The notes: a model not told the origin generated them from the letters alone. Shown: positions 27,083-36,127, counted from the stretch's first letter. The stretch: DNA of 39,981 bases from Candidatus Hydrogenedentota bacterium (GCA_046583315.1 JAYGCN010000121.1:1-39981), one strand, 5' to 3'. A program made the numbers and translations.

Positions 27083-28993
27083 ATGAAAAAGATTAATCTA
27101 AAAATGGGTGCACTTCGCGCGGTCTGCTTTATCGTATTGCTAACCATGGTATCGTGCAGTGGCAGTGGCGGCGGTGGTGGTGGCGAAGCGAGCCCGGAAG
27201 TAACCATCAACCATTTCGAAGCAAATCCTGATTTTATTATAGAAGGAAATTCGAGCATATTGAGTTGGGATGTACGAGGTGTCAATCAGATCACCATTTC
27301 CCCTGGTGTCGGCACGTTTCCTTCTACGGGAAGTATCGCAGTATCCCCTACGACATCGACAAACTTTTCTATTCAAGCGGGTGGCAAATCGAAGCAGGCC
27401 AATGTCGGCGTCGGCAATCTTCCCCGAATCAATACGGCACTCTCGAGCAGGATAATTGAATCAGGAGACTCCGTTTTACTTTCGTGGAGTACGATGCACA
27501 CGAACTATTTATCGATCGATCAAGGGATAGGATCAGTCGTTGTGAATGGCGACATCACGGTATATCCGGATTCGTACACGACGTACACCTTTAGGGCGAC
27601 AAACCAGTATGGAACGACCTTGGCTACCGAATCGCCATTGACCAGAAGCCCTGCCAGTCATTTCGTACCTTTTTATGGAAATCGCGCTACTCTGCGCGCT
27701 GATTACAGGCTACTCGTATCGAGCGAATATTCCTTCTTGTACCGATTGTGGAATGTTGCGGACTGGTCCTTCATCGACGTTGCAATGGAAGCAGGGGAGA
27801 TGAATAATATTGATCTTTGGCCATCCGGATTGGAATGGGACGTATCTATACAGCAAGAAAACGTGACGCAATTCCGCGGTGTCATCATAGACGCACCAAT
27901 AGACATTGCAGTCGTGGGCATCAACAATAACCGACACTCGACTGACTTTTTGAACACCTACCCCATTTCGGACTGGGGAACCCGATATCGAATCGCACAA
28001 TACTACGATCGCAGGCGCGAATTCGTCAGCGTAGGGCACGACGATGCATTTCTACAAATCTCTGCTCAGGAGGACGGGACTCAGGTAACATTGCGGCCAG
28101 CCTATCCGATCCGGCTTGTTGATGTAGAAGAATTGCTCATGCCGGATGCGCCGCTCACCTTTACACTGGATGCATTCGAAACACGTACGTTTACTTCGTC
28201 GCGCCCATACGCTTCCCTCTTTGATCACCGGGGTTTCGTGGGGGCGACTGTTGAGGCAGACCTGCCGGTGGCGGTCTACGCGGGCTCTCCATGCGCATTT
28301 GTACATAAACGATGGTGCGACCATATGGTGGAGCAACTTCCTCCGGTTTCGATGTGGGAATCCCGTTATCTCGTACCCCAACTTCCGCTTTCAAACTGGA
28401 CTACCGAAAATATCGAAACAAATATCACCCGTACCATTTTAATTGGAGACAATCCCGTAACGAATATCGCAATCTCGTTTGAGAAAAACGGTGCGATTGA
28501 AGTACAGGAATTCACCCTCTTCGAAGGGGATAATATGTACTTCGATATGCAAAAAGCCACCGAAATAGTCGCAGATGGTCCGATTTTTATCACTCAATAC
28601 CGCATGGGAGACGGGTGTATTCGTCCGGGCGATCCATTCATGTTGACCGTACAACCAACATCACGATATCGCACACTTTTTCGATTGCGCATTCCGTTCC
28701 TGAGAAATGAGCAGGAGGTGGATACGCGAAGGGCATTTCCCAAGAATACGATCAGCGTCATTGCCGAACAAGGTGACGCGGACATGGGAGCGGTCTTGTT
28801 GAATGGCATTTCGATTCCCGCAGAAAACTTTTCGAGAATCGCTGACTCAGAGTATGCCTACGCCTATATCAGTCTTGAAGCATGGATGATTCCTAGTGGC
28901 TCGACCTATACCGTGGAATCGCTCAACCCGATTGGGGTCTACGCCTTCGGCTTCGATTCATGTGACTCCTATGCGTATTTCGGCGCGATCTGA
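27083..28993 (+). CDS. Lipoprotein with two Ig/PKD-like repeats and an IgGFc-binding-protein N-terminal domain
   Basis: Lipobox MVSC plus a Gly linker; two related ..I..G.S..LSW...I..G.G repeats; IgGFc motifs P.SDWGTRY, AQEDGTQV, ADLPVAVYAG..C, CDHMVEQLPP, GDPFM, GVYAFGF..DSYAY.G. Confidence 0.85.
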   Translation: MKKINLKMGALRAVCFIVLLTMVSCSGSGGGGGGEASPEVTINHFEANPDFIIEGNSSILSWDVRGVNQITISPGVGTFPSTGSIAVSPTTSTNFSIQAGGKSKQANVGVGNLPRINTALSSRIIESGDSVLLSWSTMHTNYLSIDQGIGSVVVNGDITVYPDSYTTYTFRATNQYGTTLATESPLTRSPASHFVPFYGNRATLRADYRLLVSSEYSFLYRLWNVADWSFIDVAMEAGEMNNIDLWPSGLEWDVSIQQENVTQFRGVIIDAPIDIAVVGINNNRHSTDFLNTYPISDWGTRYRIAQYYDRRREFVSVGHDDAFLQISAQEDGTQVTLRPAYPIRLVDVEELLMPDAPLTFTLDAFETRTFTSSRPYASLFDHRGFVGATVEADLPVAVYAGSPCAFVHKRWCDHMVEQLPPVSMWESRYLVPQLPLSNWTTENIETNITRTILIGDNPVTNIAISFEKNGAIEVQEFTLFEGDNMYFDMQKATEIVADGPIFITQYRMGDGCIRPGDPFMLTVQPTSRYRTLFRLRIPFLRNEQEVDTRRAFPKNTISVIAEQGDADMGAVLLNGISIPAENFSRIADSEYAYAYISLEAWMIPSGSTYTVESLNPIGVYAFGFDSCDSYAYFGAI

Positions 28994-29002
28994 TTGCTGG
29001 GC

Positions 29003-30121
29003 TTAGAACAACACGTAGGTCGGGGCAGGGACCTGAGCTGATTTCCCTGTGGGGGCCAGCACTCCCGATTCCGGATCAATATAGAAACTCACCAGCGAAT
29101 TCGACTGCTGATTGGCGACGACCATTATCCTGCCGGAATGATCGATGTTGAAATTGCGCGGGGTTTTGCCTTGGACAGAGGTCGTGCTGATGTGCGTGAG
29201 CGTCCCGTCAGAGGGATTGATGCGGAATGCTGCAATGGAGTCGTGTCCGCGATTGGAGATGTAGACGAATTTTCCATTCGGATGAATGCGGACTTCGGCT
29301 GTCGTATTCGACTCAGTAAATCCGTCGGGCAGAGTGGACTGGACTCCGATGGAACGCAGCGTGCCGTCGGCGTAACGATAACTCCCGATTTCGTTGCTGA
29401 GTTCAAAGGAGGCATAGGCGTACGGCAAGGTCGGATGAAAAATGAGATGACGTGGACCTGCGCCGGGCGGTGTTGCGACATCTTTCGCGGGTTCGGGAGT
29501 TAGTTTTCCGGAGTCCGAGTCGAAGGCGTAGGCTACTAGCTTGTCCTGACCGAGGTCCGGGACAAAGACGAGCGAATTGTCCGGCGATGCAACGATGCTG
29601 TGTGGATGTGGACCTTTCTGGCGCGCCTCATTGACGCTGGAGCCGGAGTGGTCGATTGTATTGACGACGCGAGACGGGTCGTTGCTGTCATCGAGCGCAA
29701 AGGTAGCAATGGAGCCGCCGTAATTGGCCGCGAGCAAGTGTTTACCCGATTGGTCAAGCGACAAATAACACGGCGCGCCACCGCCGGATGCGATACTCGC
29801 GGATTCGCTGAGTGATCCGTCGGCGGTAATTTTGTATGCCTTCACGCCGCCGCCGGGATTGCCGACTTCGCTAACGGCGTAGAGACGGTTACTATTTTGT
29901 GACCATGCAAGGAAGGATGGATTCTTTGTGACTGCGGGCGCACCAACCTCGTTCATCGCGCCGGACCTAGTGTCCAAAGCCCAACGACTAACACCCGTTT
30001 TCATGGGGCCGTCGCCTCTTGGGGTATAGCCTCCGACGTAGAAGATCACTTCATCGGCACAGACGAATCCTGACAGCATCACAATGCCTATCGAGACGGC
30101 TATGCATGCGAATCTAACCAT
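29003..30121 (-). CDS. Lactonase family beta-propeller (Pgl/YbhE 6-phosphogluconolactonase-like) with signal peptide
   Basis: Motifs YVGGYT, NPSFL, GAPCY, AANYGG, RQKGPHPH, DLGQD, GAGPRH, SNRGHDSI, TPRNF. Confidence 0.92.
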   Translation of the reverse strand: MVRFACIAVSIGIVMLSGFVCADEVIFYVGGYTPRGDGPMKTGVSRWALDTRSGAMNEVGAPAVTKNPSFLAWSQNSNRLYAVSEVGNPGGGVKAYKITADGSLSESASIASGGGAPCYLSLDQSGKHLLAANYGGSIATFALDDSNDPSRVVNTIDHSGSSVNEARQKGPHPHSIVASPDNSLVFVPDLGQDKLVAYAFDSDSGKLTPEPAKDVATPPGAGPRHLIFHPTLPYAYASFELSNEIGSYRYADGTLRSIGVQSTLPDGFTESNTTAEVRIHPNGKFVYISNRGHDSIAAFRINPSDGTLTHISTTSVQGKTPRNFNIDHSGRIMVVANQQSNSLVSFYIDPESGVLAPTGKSAQVPAPTYVLF

Positions 30122-31092
30122 TAATCGAGTTTCTTGCGTCGTTCGTGAATTTCTTTCCAGGTGGTCAGAATAATACCCTGGTCCTTGATGAGTTTCTTGA
30201 TGCGTGGGTCCTGCATCGCAAGTCGATCACTGTCACGGTTGGGTCCCGATGCAGAGACGTGGCGAAAGGTATCTTTCGGATCGGTACAGTGAACGATATA
30301 CATCGTGAGGCCAGGTTCCTGATTCGTGACCGCTTTGGTGATGACTTCAATCTTCTTTTCGAAGTCGCGCGTACTGCTAATTTCCGTATAGAGATCATCG
30401 AGAACAGGAAGCCCCGCATCCCAGACTCTGTTCGCCATCCCGACAATCAGTTTCTTTCGCTCATCCGCACTTGGATCCCTACGGTAGCGTTGCATGGCCA
30501 CCGTCATGTGGCCACCCATAATCATCACGGGGATTTGTTCCTTGATGCCGATATCGCAATACGTCGCAAGAAATTCCGGCGTTTCGTACAGCGTTCCCAT
30601 ATGCGTATCCATGTGCGTGATCGGAATTCCCATGCCGCGCGCTTTGGCGATTTGCGCGTTGATTTCAATACCGACTTCTTCAGGAGTGGCATGTTTGGCG
30701 ACTTGCGCCACCGTGTGCCACATATGCCCATCAGGGTCGACGAGTCCGGGTACCACGGTCGGTCCCGCGATGGGTCCCCAGCGGTAATTCCCCCACTCCG
30801 AGGTCAGCGTCAAGTGCAGGCCGTTATCGAAATCGGGATTCTCCTTGAGCCATTTCGCCCAATGCGTCACCCAACCCGTCGGCATCATGGTGCTGGCCGA
30901 TGTAACGATGCCATTTTCGACGGATTGTTGGGTGCCTTCGTTAGAATCGTAGAACATGCCGAGATCGTCGCTATGAAAAATCGCGACGCGCGCGCCTTTC
31001 GGAAATCCCAGTTTCTCGGCGTAGGTTTCCGCGTGAACGGCCGCGCCAAAGGAAATCAATGTTGCAAGGAGAATTGTTATGACCGATTTCAT
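30121..31092 (-). CDS. YdjC/ChbG/HpnK family carbohydrate deacetylase with signal peptide
   Basis: Motifs HSDDLGM, TSASTM, GLHLTLTSEW, EINAQI, THMDTHMG; signal peptide ending AVHA. Confidence 0.9.
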   Translation of the reverse strand: MKSVITILLATLISFGAAVHAETYAEKLGFPKGARVAIFHSDDLGMFYDSNEGTQQSVENGIVTSASTMMPTGWVTHWAKWLKENPDFDNGLHLTLTSEWGNYRWGPIAGPTVVPGLVDPDGHMWHTVAQVAKHATPEEVGIEINAQIAKARGMGIPITHMDTHMGTLYETPEFLATYCDIGIKEQIPVMIMGGHMTVAMQRYRRDPSADERKKLIVGMANRVWDAGLPVLDDLYTEISSTRDFEKKIEVITKAVTNQEPGLTMYIVHCTDPKDTFRHVSASGPNRDSDRLAMQDPRIKKLIKDQGIILTTWKEIHERRKKLD

Positions 31093-32675
31093 GTCGTTGC
31101 CTTCGTAATGCCGCCTTCTTCTTCACGAATGACGCGCTTCAACACCTTACCCGTGGCATTTTTGGGCAATTCATCGCGAATTGAAAGAAACTTGGGCACT
31201 TTGAACGCCGCCATCTGTTCGCGACAATAGGTCTCCAATTCATCGTAGTCCAACGATTCACCCGGGGCGAGCACGCATACCGCCTTCACCGATTCACCCT
31301 GGTAATCGCTTGGTACACCGATGACTGCACAATCGATAATCTTGGGGTGACGCAGAATCACGTTTTCAAGTTCAATCGGGTACACGTTAAATCCGCTCAC
31401 AACAATCATGTCCTTCTTGCGGTCAACAATGTAGAGATAGCCGTCTTCATCGAAACGTCCCATGTCGCCAGTGAAAAACCAGCCGTCCTGGACCGCATTG
31501 GCCGTTTCTTCGGGTAGATTCCAGTACCCCAGGAAAATATTCGGACCCTTCGCTTTGATTTCGCCAACTTCACCTTGATCGACTTCCTTACCGTCGGAAT
31601 CAACGAGTTTGATTTCAACTTCGCGAATCGGAGGACCTACCGAGCCAGGTTTATTGACCGGTCCCGCCATGTTTGTCGAAAGAGTCGGCGCCGTTTCGCT
31701 GAGGCCATAGCCTTCATTGATTTGTACGCCCGTCAGCTCCTTGAATTGTTCCATCGTGACGACAGGCAGAGGTGCCGCGCCAGAGTAAGCCCCGCGCAGT
31801 GACGATGAGTCGTAGTCCTTGCACTCCGGCGTGTTCACAAACGCAAAATACATCGGCGGCGCGCCATAGAAGATCGTAATCTTGTGCTCCTCGAAGGCCT
31901 TGAAAATGCCCACCGCATCGAAGCGACTGAACAACACCATTGTCTGCACACTGAGGAAGGACCGGTTAATGGCAAGGTCGAGTGCGTAGGCGTGGAAGAG
32001 CGGAAGTGTCAGGAGCATCGCGTCTTCTTCGATTGCATCAATGCTGCCCGGCAGGTCCGTCGTGTTCCGCAATACCGCGAGAATGTTGTTGTCCGAAACC
32101 ATCGCGCCTTTTGGTTGACCCGTCGTGCCCGAAGTGTATTGAATAATCGCCACTTCATCGGGATTGCGTTTGATGGTCGGCGGAGTGTCGCCCGCCATCA
32201 ACATCATATCGCTGAGACAATTGGACTCGGGGTTCTTCGGATCATCCAACGCGATAACGAACTCCAGCGAATCCACGTCAAGCGCGTGCATCTTGTCTTC
32301 AAATTCGTTGAGCACGATGACCGCACGTGCGCCGCTGTCCCCGATGATATGCGCCATCTCGGGAGCGGTGTACATCACGTTGGTCGGCACGAGCACTGCA
32401 CCGGCACGCATGATGCCGTGGAAACCGTAAATAAACTCGGGACGGTTATCAATATGCATGGCGACGCGTTCGCCGGGTTTAATTCCCAGCTCGATCAACG
32501 CGTTCGCGACACGATTGCCCGCCTCGTCCATCTGACGATAGGTGATTTCCGTGCCTTCAAAAAATATCGCGACCTTATCGGGACGCAAGGCCATCGCCGG
32601 GACCAACACATCCGCCAACGATTCATTTTCCTGTACCCGCGCCGCCAAACACTCTTCCTGCCAAGGTGAACCCAT
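31089..32675 (-). CDS. Long-chain-fatty-acid--CoA ligase (AMP-binding)
   Basis: Motifs YTSGTTGQPKG, LPLFHAY, EGYGLSET, FTGDMG, DRKKDMI, PKNATGKV; GGAG SD. Confidence 0.94.
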   Translation of the reverse strand: MGSPWQEECLAARVQENESLADVLVPAMALRPDKVAIFFEGTEITYRQMDEAGNRVANALIELGIKPGERVAMHIDNRPEFIYGFHGIMRAGAVLVPTNVMYTAPEMAHIIGDSGARAVIVLNEFEDKMHALDVDSLEFVIALDDPKNPESNCLSDMMLMAGDTPPTIKRNPDEVAIIQYTSGTTGQPKGAMVSDNNILAVLRNTTDLPGSIDAIEEDAMLLTLPLFHAYALDLAINRSFLSVQTMVLFSRFDAVGIFKAFEEHKITIFYGAPPMYFAFVNTPECKDYDSSSLRGAYSGAAPLPVVTMEQFKELTGVQINEGYGLSETAPTLSTNMAGPVNKPGSVGPPIREVEIKLVDSDGKEVDQGEVGEIKAKGPNIFLGYWNLPEETANAVQDGWFFTGDMGRFDEDGYLYIVDRKKDMIVVSGFNVYPIELENVILRHPKIIDCAVIGVPSDYQGESVKAVCVLAPGESLDYDELETYCREQMAAFKVPKFLSIRDELPKNATGKVLKRVIREEEGGITKATT

Positions 32676-32768
32676 GATTATGTACTCCAGTTTTGATTAG
32701 AAATGATGGTGATAATTAAGAGATGAAGTATACCTGTTGATTCAAAGCGAAACAACGAAACTGCGTTC

Positions 32769-32826
32769 ATCCGCAGATTTTCGCAGATTGAAAGGGCGGG
32801 TGCTATCTGTGTTTGTCTGTGGCTAA
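32769..32826. repeat. Degenerate CGCAGAT/CACAGAT-type inverted repeat element
   Basis: ATCCGCAGATTTTCGCAGATT ... ATCTGTGTTTGTCTGTGGCTA. A related half-site, ACCACAGATGAAC, occurs at 9341-9353. Confidence 0.5.
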
Positions 32827-33771
32827 TTACGAATCGAGCAGACCCATAGTGCTGAGAACAGTTTTAACATACTCTCGAGCAGATGTGGCCTCCTCTTTTC
32901 CGCCCAATGCCATAGCCATACGCTCCAATGACTCTTCCGTCACACAACCCCTCGCGCTGTACTCGAGCAACTCTGCTGCGGCGGCTTGGGTGATGCGGAC
33001 GTGGGCGTTGGGGTGTTGTTTGAGAATGGATGTGGGGACGGCTTTGTCGACGGTGTCGTTTCCGTAGGCGGCGAGGATGGCGAATCCTTTGGCGGCTTGC
33101 GGGATGTTGTCTTCGATGAGATGTATGGTTTTCATGAAGATGGAGACGTTGGCGGTGTAGGCGATGCGGGGTACTTCGTCTGCTGAAGCGAATAAGTCAG
33201 GGTGATCGCGTAATTGTTGCAGCGCGTTTTCTTCGCTGAGTTCGACGCTCATGTAGCGGGGATCGCCGTCCAGCGGGATGCCGGGTTCGTGAAAACCCCA
33301 GTGACCGTTCTCCCCCACTCCTTTGAGCTGGATGTCGAGTCCGGATTCGAGCACGTGTTGGGTGTAGTCCTCGCAAATTTGATCGGGGTCAGCGCCGTCA
33401 ACATTGAAGGCATGAATATTCTCGCGCGGACACCACTGGGTCAGCGCGTTGAAAAAATGTTCGTTCAGCAGATAGCGAAAGGTCGCGGGATGGTCTGCGG
33501 GCAAGGGGTAATCGTCGAACTGGAAGAAGTGGGTTCGTGCGAGGGCCTCCTGCAACGGCTTCGACTCTTTCGCCTGCTCCAGATATGCCGAGTAAAATCC
33601 AAAGGCTGATGGTGCCGCCATGATGAGAAATCCGATTGTGTCCTGTTCGGCGGCCAGCGCGATCTGTTTTTCGGAAAGGGATTGGGCTGATGCGGCGCCC
33701 ATCGCTTCGGGCGTGTCGTATAGGTGAATGGGCAGATTGCCCTGCTCGATGGTTTGGATGGCTTGGGTCAC
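32827..33771 (-). CDS. NagB/glucosamine-6-phosphate deaminase-like protein with a divergent active site
   Basis: Motifs FQFDDY, HPATFRYLL, GVGENGHWGFHEPG, VPTSILKQH. Start revised to GTG 33771 (GGAG SD). Confidence 0.8.
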   Translation of the reverse strand: MTQAIQTIEQGNLPIHLYDTPEAMGAASAQSLSEKQIALAAEQDTIGFLIMAAPSAFGFYSAYLEQAKESKPLQEALARTHFFQFDDYPLPADHPATFRYLLNEHFFNALTQWCPRENIHAFNVDGADPDQICEDYTQHVLESGLDIQLKGVGENGHWGFHEPGIPLDGDPRYMSVELSEENALQQLRDHPDLFASADEVPRIAYTANVSIFMKTIHLIEDNIPQAAKGFAILAAYGNDTVDKAVPTSILKQHPNAHVRITQAAAAELLEYSARGCVTEESLERMAMALGGKEEATSAREYVKTVLSTMGLLDS

Positions 33772-33827
33772 GTTTTGGCGCTCCGGCGGGTTACAGATTC
33801 GCCGTCCAAGGATACCTGCTAATCCGT

Positions 33828-34331
33828 CTACTGAACAACCCTGCGCCACACTTCCAGCTTCTGCGTGTAGGTCATTGCGGCATGCGCGGGACTGGTGGAC
33901 GGCAGACGCGTTGTGGGAATGGATGTTTGATCGACGTTGAGATTCGGCAATACGTATCGATGGTACGCGTGTTCGGCTTTGGCGCCGTTGAAGTAGATAT
34001 GGTCTATGGATGGGTGTTCGTCCAGGAAACCCTGAAAGTGATTCGCTTCGATGGAGTCTTCGACGATATCGGCATCGAGACTGCTCTCGCGAATGCAGCA
34101 TTGCATGACATCCCAGAGGGCGATATGATTCTTGGTGAGAACCTGAAGTCGATCAGGATATCTCGTTTCAGCCGGGATATCGAAGAGATCACCGATAATT
34201 CCCCAAAAAGCATTCCGAGGATGGGCGTAGTATTGATTGGCTTCTAGGGAGGCTTTTCCGGGCATGCTGCCGAGGATCAGGATGCGAACATCCGGATCCT
34301 CGACAGGCGGAAAACTGAATATACGGGACAC
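33828..34331 (-). CDS. Hypoxanthine/deoxyinosine DNA glycosylase (UDG superfamily, family 6-like)
   Basis: Motifs ILILGSMPGKASL, QYYAHPRNAFW, IALWDV, SSLDADI, FNG, LPSTSPAHA. Confidence 0.92.
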   Translation of the reverse strand: MSRIFSFPPVEDPDVRILILGSMPGKASLEANQYYAHPRNAFWGIIGDLFDIPAETRYPDRLQVLTKNHIALWDVMQCCIRESSLDADIVEDSIEANHFQGFLDEHPSIDHIYFNGAKAEHAYHRYVLPNLNVDQTSIPTTRLPSTSPAHAAMTYTQKLEVWRRVVQ

Positions 34332-34334
34332 AAT

Positions 34335-34988
34335 TTACTTCTTGGGATAATTCGGATCTTCCATCACTTCGATCATTTGGCGGCTGTGACGAATGGTGTG
34401 GAGCGGGATGTAGATGATCCAGTCGTGTGCACTGATGTCGCCAAAGACGGGGAAGGGATGGGTCTGAATCTGATTCTTAACGCCTTTGTCGCGCGGCAAC
34501 GTTTCGACGTATGCACGAACTTTGCCGCGAATCTTGTAGTACTCTTCGAAAATTTTACCCCGATCCCAGTGTTCGGTCGGACGGATTTCGAAGGGGGCCG
34601 TTGCGCCGCCCCGGCCCATCGGTTGACGATTCGGCATGACTTGGCGAATGAGATCGGTTTTGCCTTTGGTTTTTTCGGCCCAGTCATCGTCCGGGTCGTT
34701 CGCCATGGCCATAAGCGCATTTTCGAAGAGCAACGCTTCGGAACGAATGATGTGTTCAGCACATTCGCCCACCGACCAGCGCGACTCGTTCTGCTTGAAA
34801 GTCCATTGCTCTTCCGAGAGTCCCGAGATAAGTCCTTCGAGCAACTCGAATGATTCATCCAATAACTGAATCAATTCAGCGTGTTCTTCATCGGAAAGCG
34901 TTGGGCTGGGAGCTTCATCGGCGGCAAAAACAGGTAGACTCGAGCCTGCAACGAGTGCGAAGGCCATCAGCGGCTTCAATAATGACAT
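34335..34988 (-). CDS. DinB family protein with signal peptide
   Basis: AGGAGG SD before ATG 34988; signal peptide ending VFA; motifs GLSEEQW.FK, WSVGECAEHI, HPFPVFG, HTIRHSRQM. Confidence 0.87.
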   Translation of the reverse strand: MSLLKPLMAFALVAGSSLPVFAADEAPSPTLSDEEHAELIQLLDESFELLEGLISGLSEEQWTFKQNESRWSVGECAEHIIRSEALLFENALMAMANDPDDDWAEKTKGKTDLIRQVMPNRQPMGRGGATAPFEIRPTEHWDRGKIFEEYYKIRGKVRAYVETLPRDKGVKNQIQTHPFPVFGDISAHDWIIYIPLHTIRHSRQMIEVMEDPNYPKK

Positions 34989-35162
34989 TTGTTTCCTCCT
35001 CGAAAAGTGCACTACATGTTGGATATATAGTGTAATTGAACAAGAAGCGTCCGCGAAAGTTCCGTTCGACTCGAATATACTCGGATTTCGACGAACTACC
35101 AGGAAATTGACGAGATCGTCCAGTACGACTAGAATACTGAGTACTAGACAGGGAGAACCTTC

Positions 35163-35945
35163 ATGAAAACGATGTTGATGCGGTGTGCAATCACGACGAT
35201 GGCCATGTTGGTCGCATTTCCGGCAATGGCCGCGAAATGGGACCATGTGCATATTCTGGTTACAGACACCAAGATGGCTGCTGCGTGGTATGCGGAGCAC
35301 TTCGGTGGACAAGTTACCAAAAGCGGGCCTTTCGATGCGGTGTTGTTCGGCCCGGATCTGGTGAAATTCCGCAAGAATACCCCTGAAACCAAAGGCAGCA
35401 AGGATTCTTCGATTGGCCAGATCGGATTTACTTACTCTGACGTGAAACTCAAGCTCAAGGCGCTGAAATATTCCGGCGTAAAAGTCGTGAGCGAAGTGGA
35501 AACAATTGAATCAACCGACTTCGGCACGCTTCATTATGCCTACGTCGAGGATCCCTGGGGAACGCGAATCGGACTGGTGAACGACGATACGGTCAAGGGC
35601 TTTCATCATGTACATGTATACGCGGCCGAGACCGCGATCGCGTGGTATGCGAAAAATTTCGGTGACGAAATAACGGCGTTCAAGGGCATTCCCTCGTTGC
35701 ACGGTATACGATATGGAGACATGTGGCTGTTGATTGAGCAGGGCGATTCGCCGGAACCCTCCACCGGACACTCCATCGATCATATGGGCTGGAACTTTGA
35801 ACGATTTGACGAAGCGGTCGCGTCGTTTCGTGAACAGAAGACTGAGTTCGCGCTGGAACCGCGTCCAGAAGAGCATCCGACGATGGCGTATATCGTTGGA
35901 CCCGACAGCGCGAAAACGGAAATCGTCCGTAGCGGTGCCCACTGA
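35163..35945 (+). CDS. Two-domain VOC (glyoxalase/bleomycin resistance) family protein with signal peptide
   Basis: Signal peptide ending AMA; motifs WDHVHI..TD...AAAWY..HFG, EDPWGTRI, second repeat FHHVHV, IDHMGW, GPD..KTEIV; GGGAG SD. Confidence 0.87.
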   Translation: MKTMLMRCAITTMAMLVAFPAMAAKWDHVHILVTDTKMAAAWYAEHFGGQVTKSGPFDAVLFGPDLVKFRKNTPETKGSKDSSIGQIGFTYSDVKLKLKALKYSGVKVVSEVETIESTDFGTLHYAYVEDPWGTRIGLVNDDTVKGFHHVHVYAAETAIAWYAKNFGDEITAFKGIPSLHGIRYGDMWLLIEQGDSPEPSTGHSIDHMGWNFERFDEAVASFREQKTEFALEPRPEEHPTMAYIVGPDSAKTEIVRSGAH

Positions 35946-36005
35946 AAACGAGGCCCGAATCGTCGGTTTCACAGCAGAGTCAGCACGTGCAAGTCACGTT
36001 CAACA

Positions 36006-36035
36006 TTGATTTTACTGCCTCTGGTTGGATACAAT
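36006..36035 (+). promoter_or_regulatory. Putative sigma70 promoter for tRNA-Cys/tRNA-Leu
   Basis: TTGATT, then 18 nt, then TACAAT, ending 16 nt before tRNA-Cys. Confidence 0.6.
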
Positions 36036-36051
36036 TAGAGGCCTCATGAGG

Positions 36052-36127
36052 GGCGGCATCGCCAAGTTGGTTAAGGCACTGGTTTGCAAAACCATGATCC
36101 CCGGTTCGAATCCGGGTGCCGCCTCCA
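36052..36127 (+). tRNA. tRNA-Cys (GCA)
   Basis: Acceptor stem GGCGGCA/TGCCGCC, U73, encoded CCA, anticodon loop TT-GCA-AA, T-loop GTTCGAATC. Confidence 0.96.

Noticed and set aside
30145..31230. 361-aa plus-strand ORF (and similar long antisense ORFs at 7457-8395, 31884-32669, 10209-10847 and 12214-12840)
   Set aside because: Each lies antisense to a well-supported gene and has no recognisable motifs; these are shadow ORFs expected from codon bias.
33783..33832. GTAGACGGATTAGCA...GGCGAATCTGTAACCCGCC (minus strand), REP-like
   Set aside because: Single, degenerate copy with imperfect pairing; it cannot be supported from this window alone.
33772..34101. Apparent 110-aa N-terminal extension of the NagB-like ORF
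   Set aside because: It overlaps the glycosylase gene in another frame and is Arg/Ser-rich junk; a GTG with a GGAG SD at 33771 is the better start.
35009..35034. CACTACATGTTG / ATATATAGTGT resembling NrdR boxes
   Set aside because: Only one reasonable box, without the usual tandem spacing, and the flanking genes are not ribonucleotide reductases.
34989..35312. Long N-terminal extensions in the ORF track for DinB (also for the cytochrome, manA, BI-1, phosphoesterase, IgGFc and HTH-REC genes)
   Set aside because: They overlap divergent genes, promoters or tRNAs; internal starts with an SD and/or signal peptide fit better.
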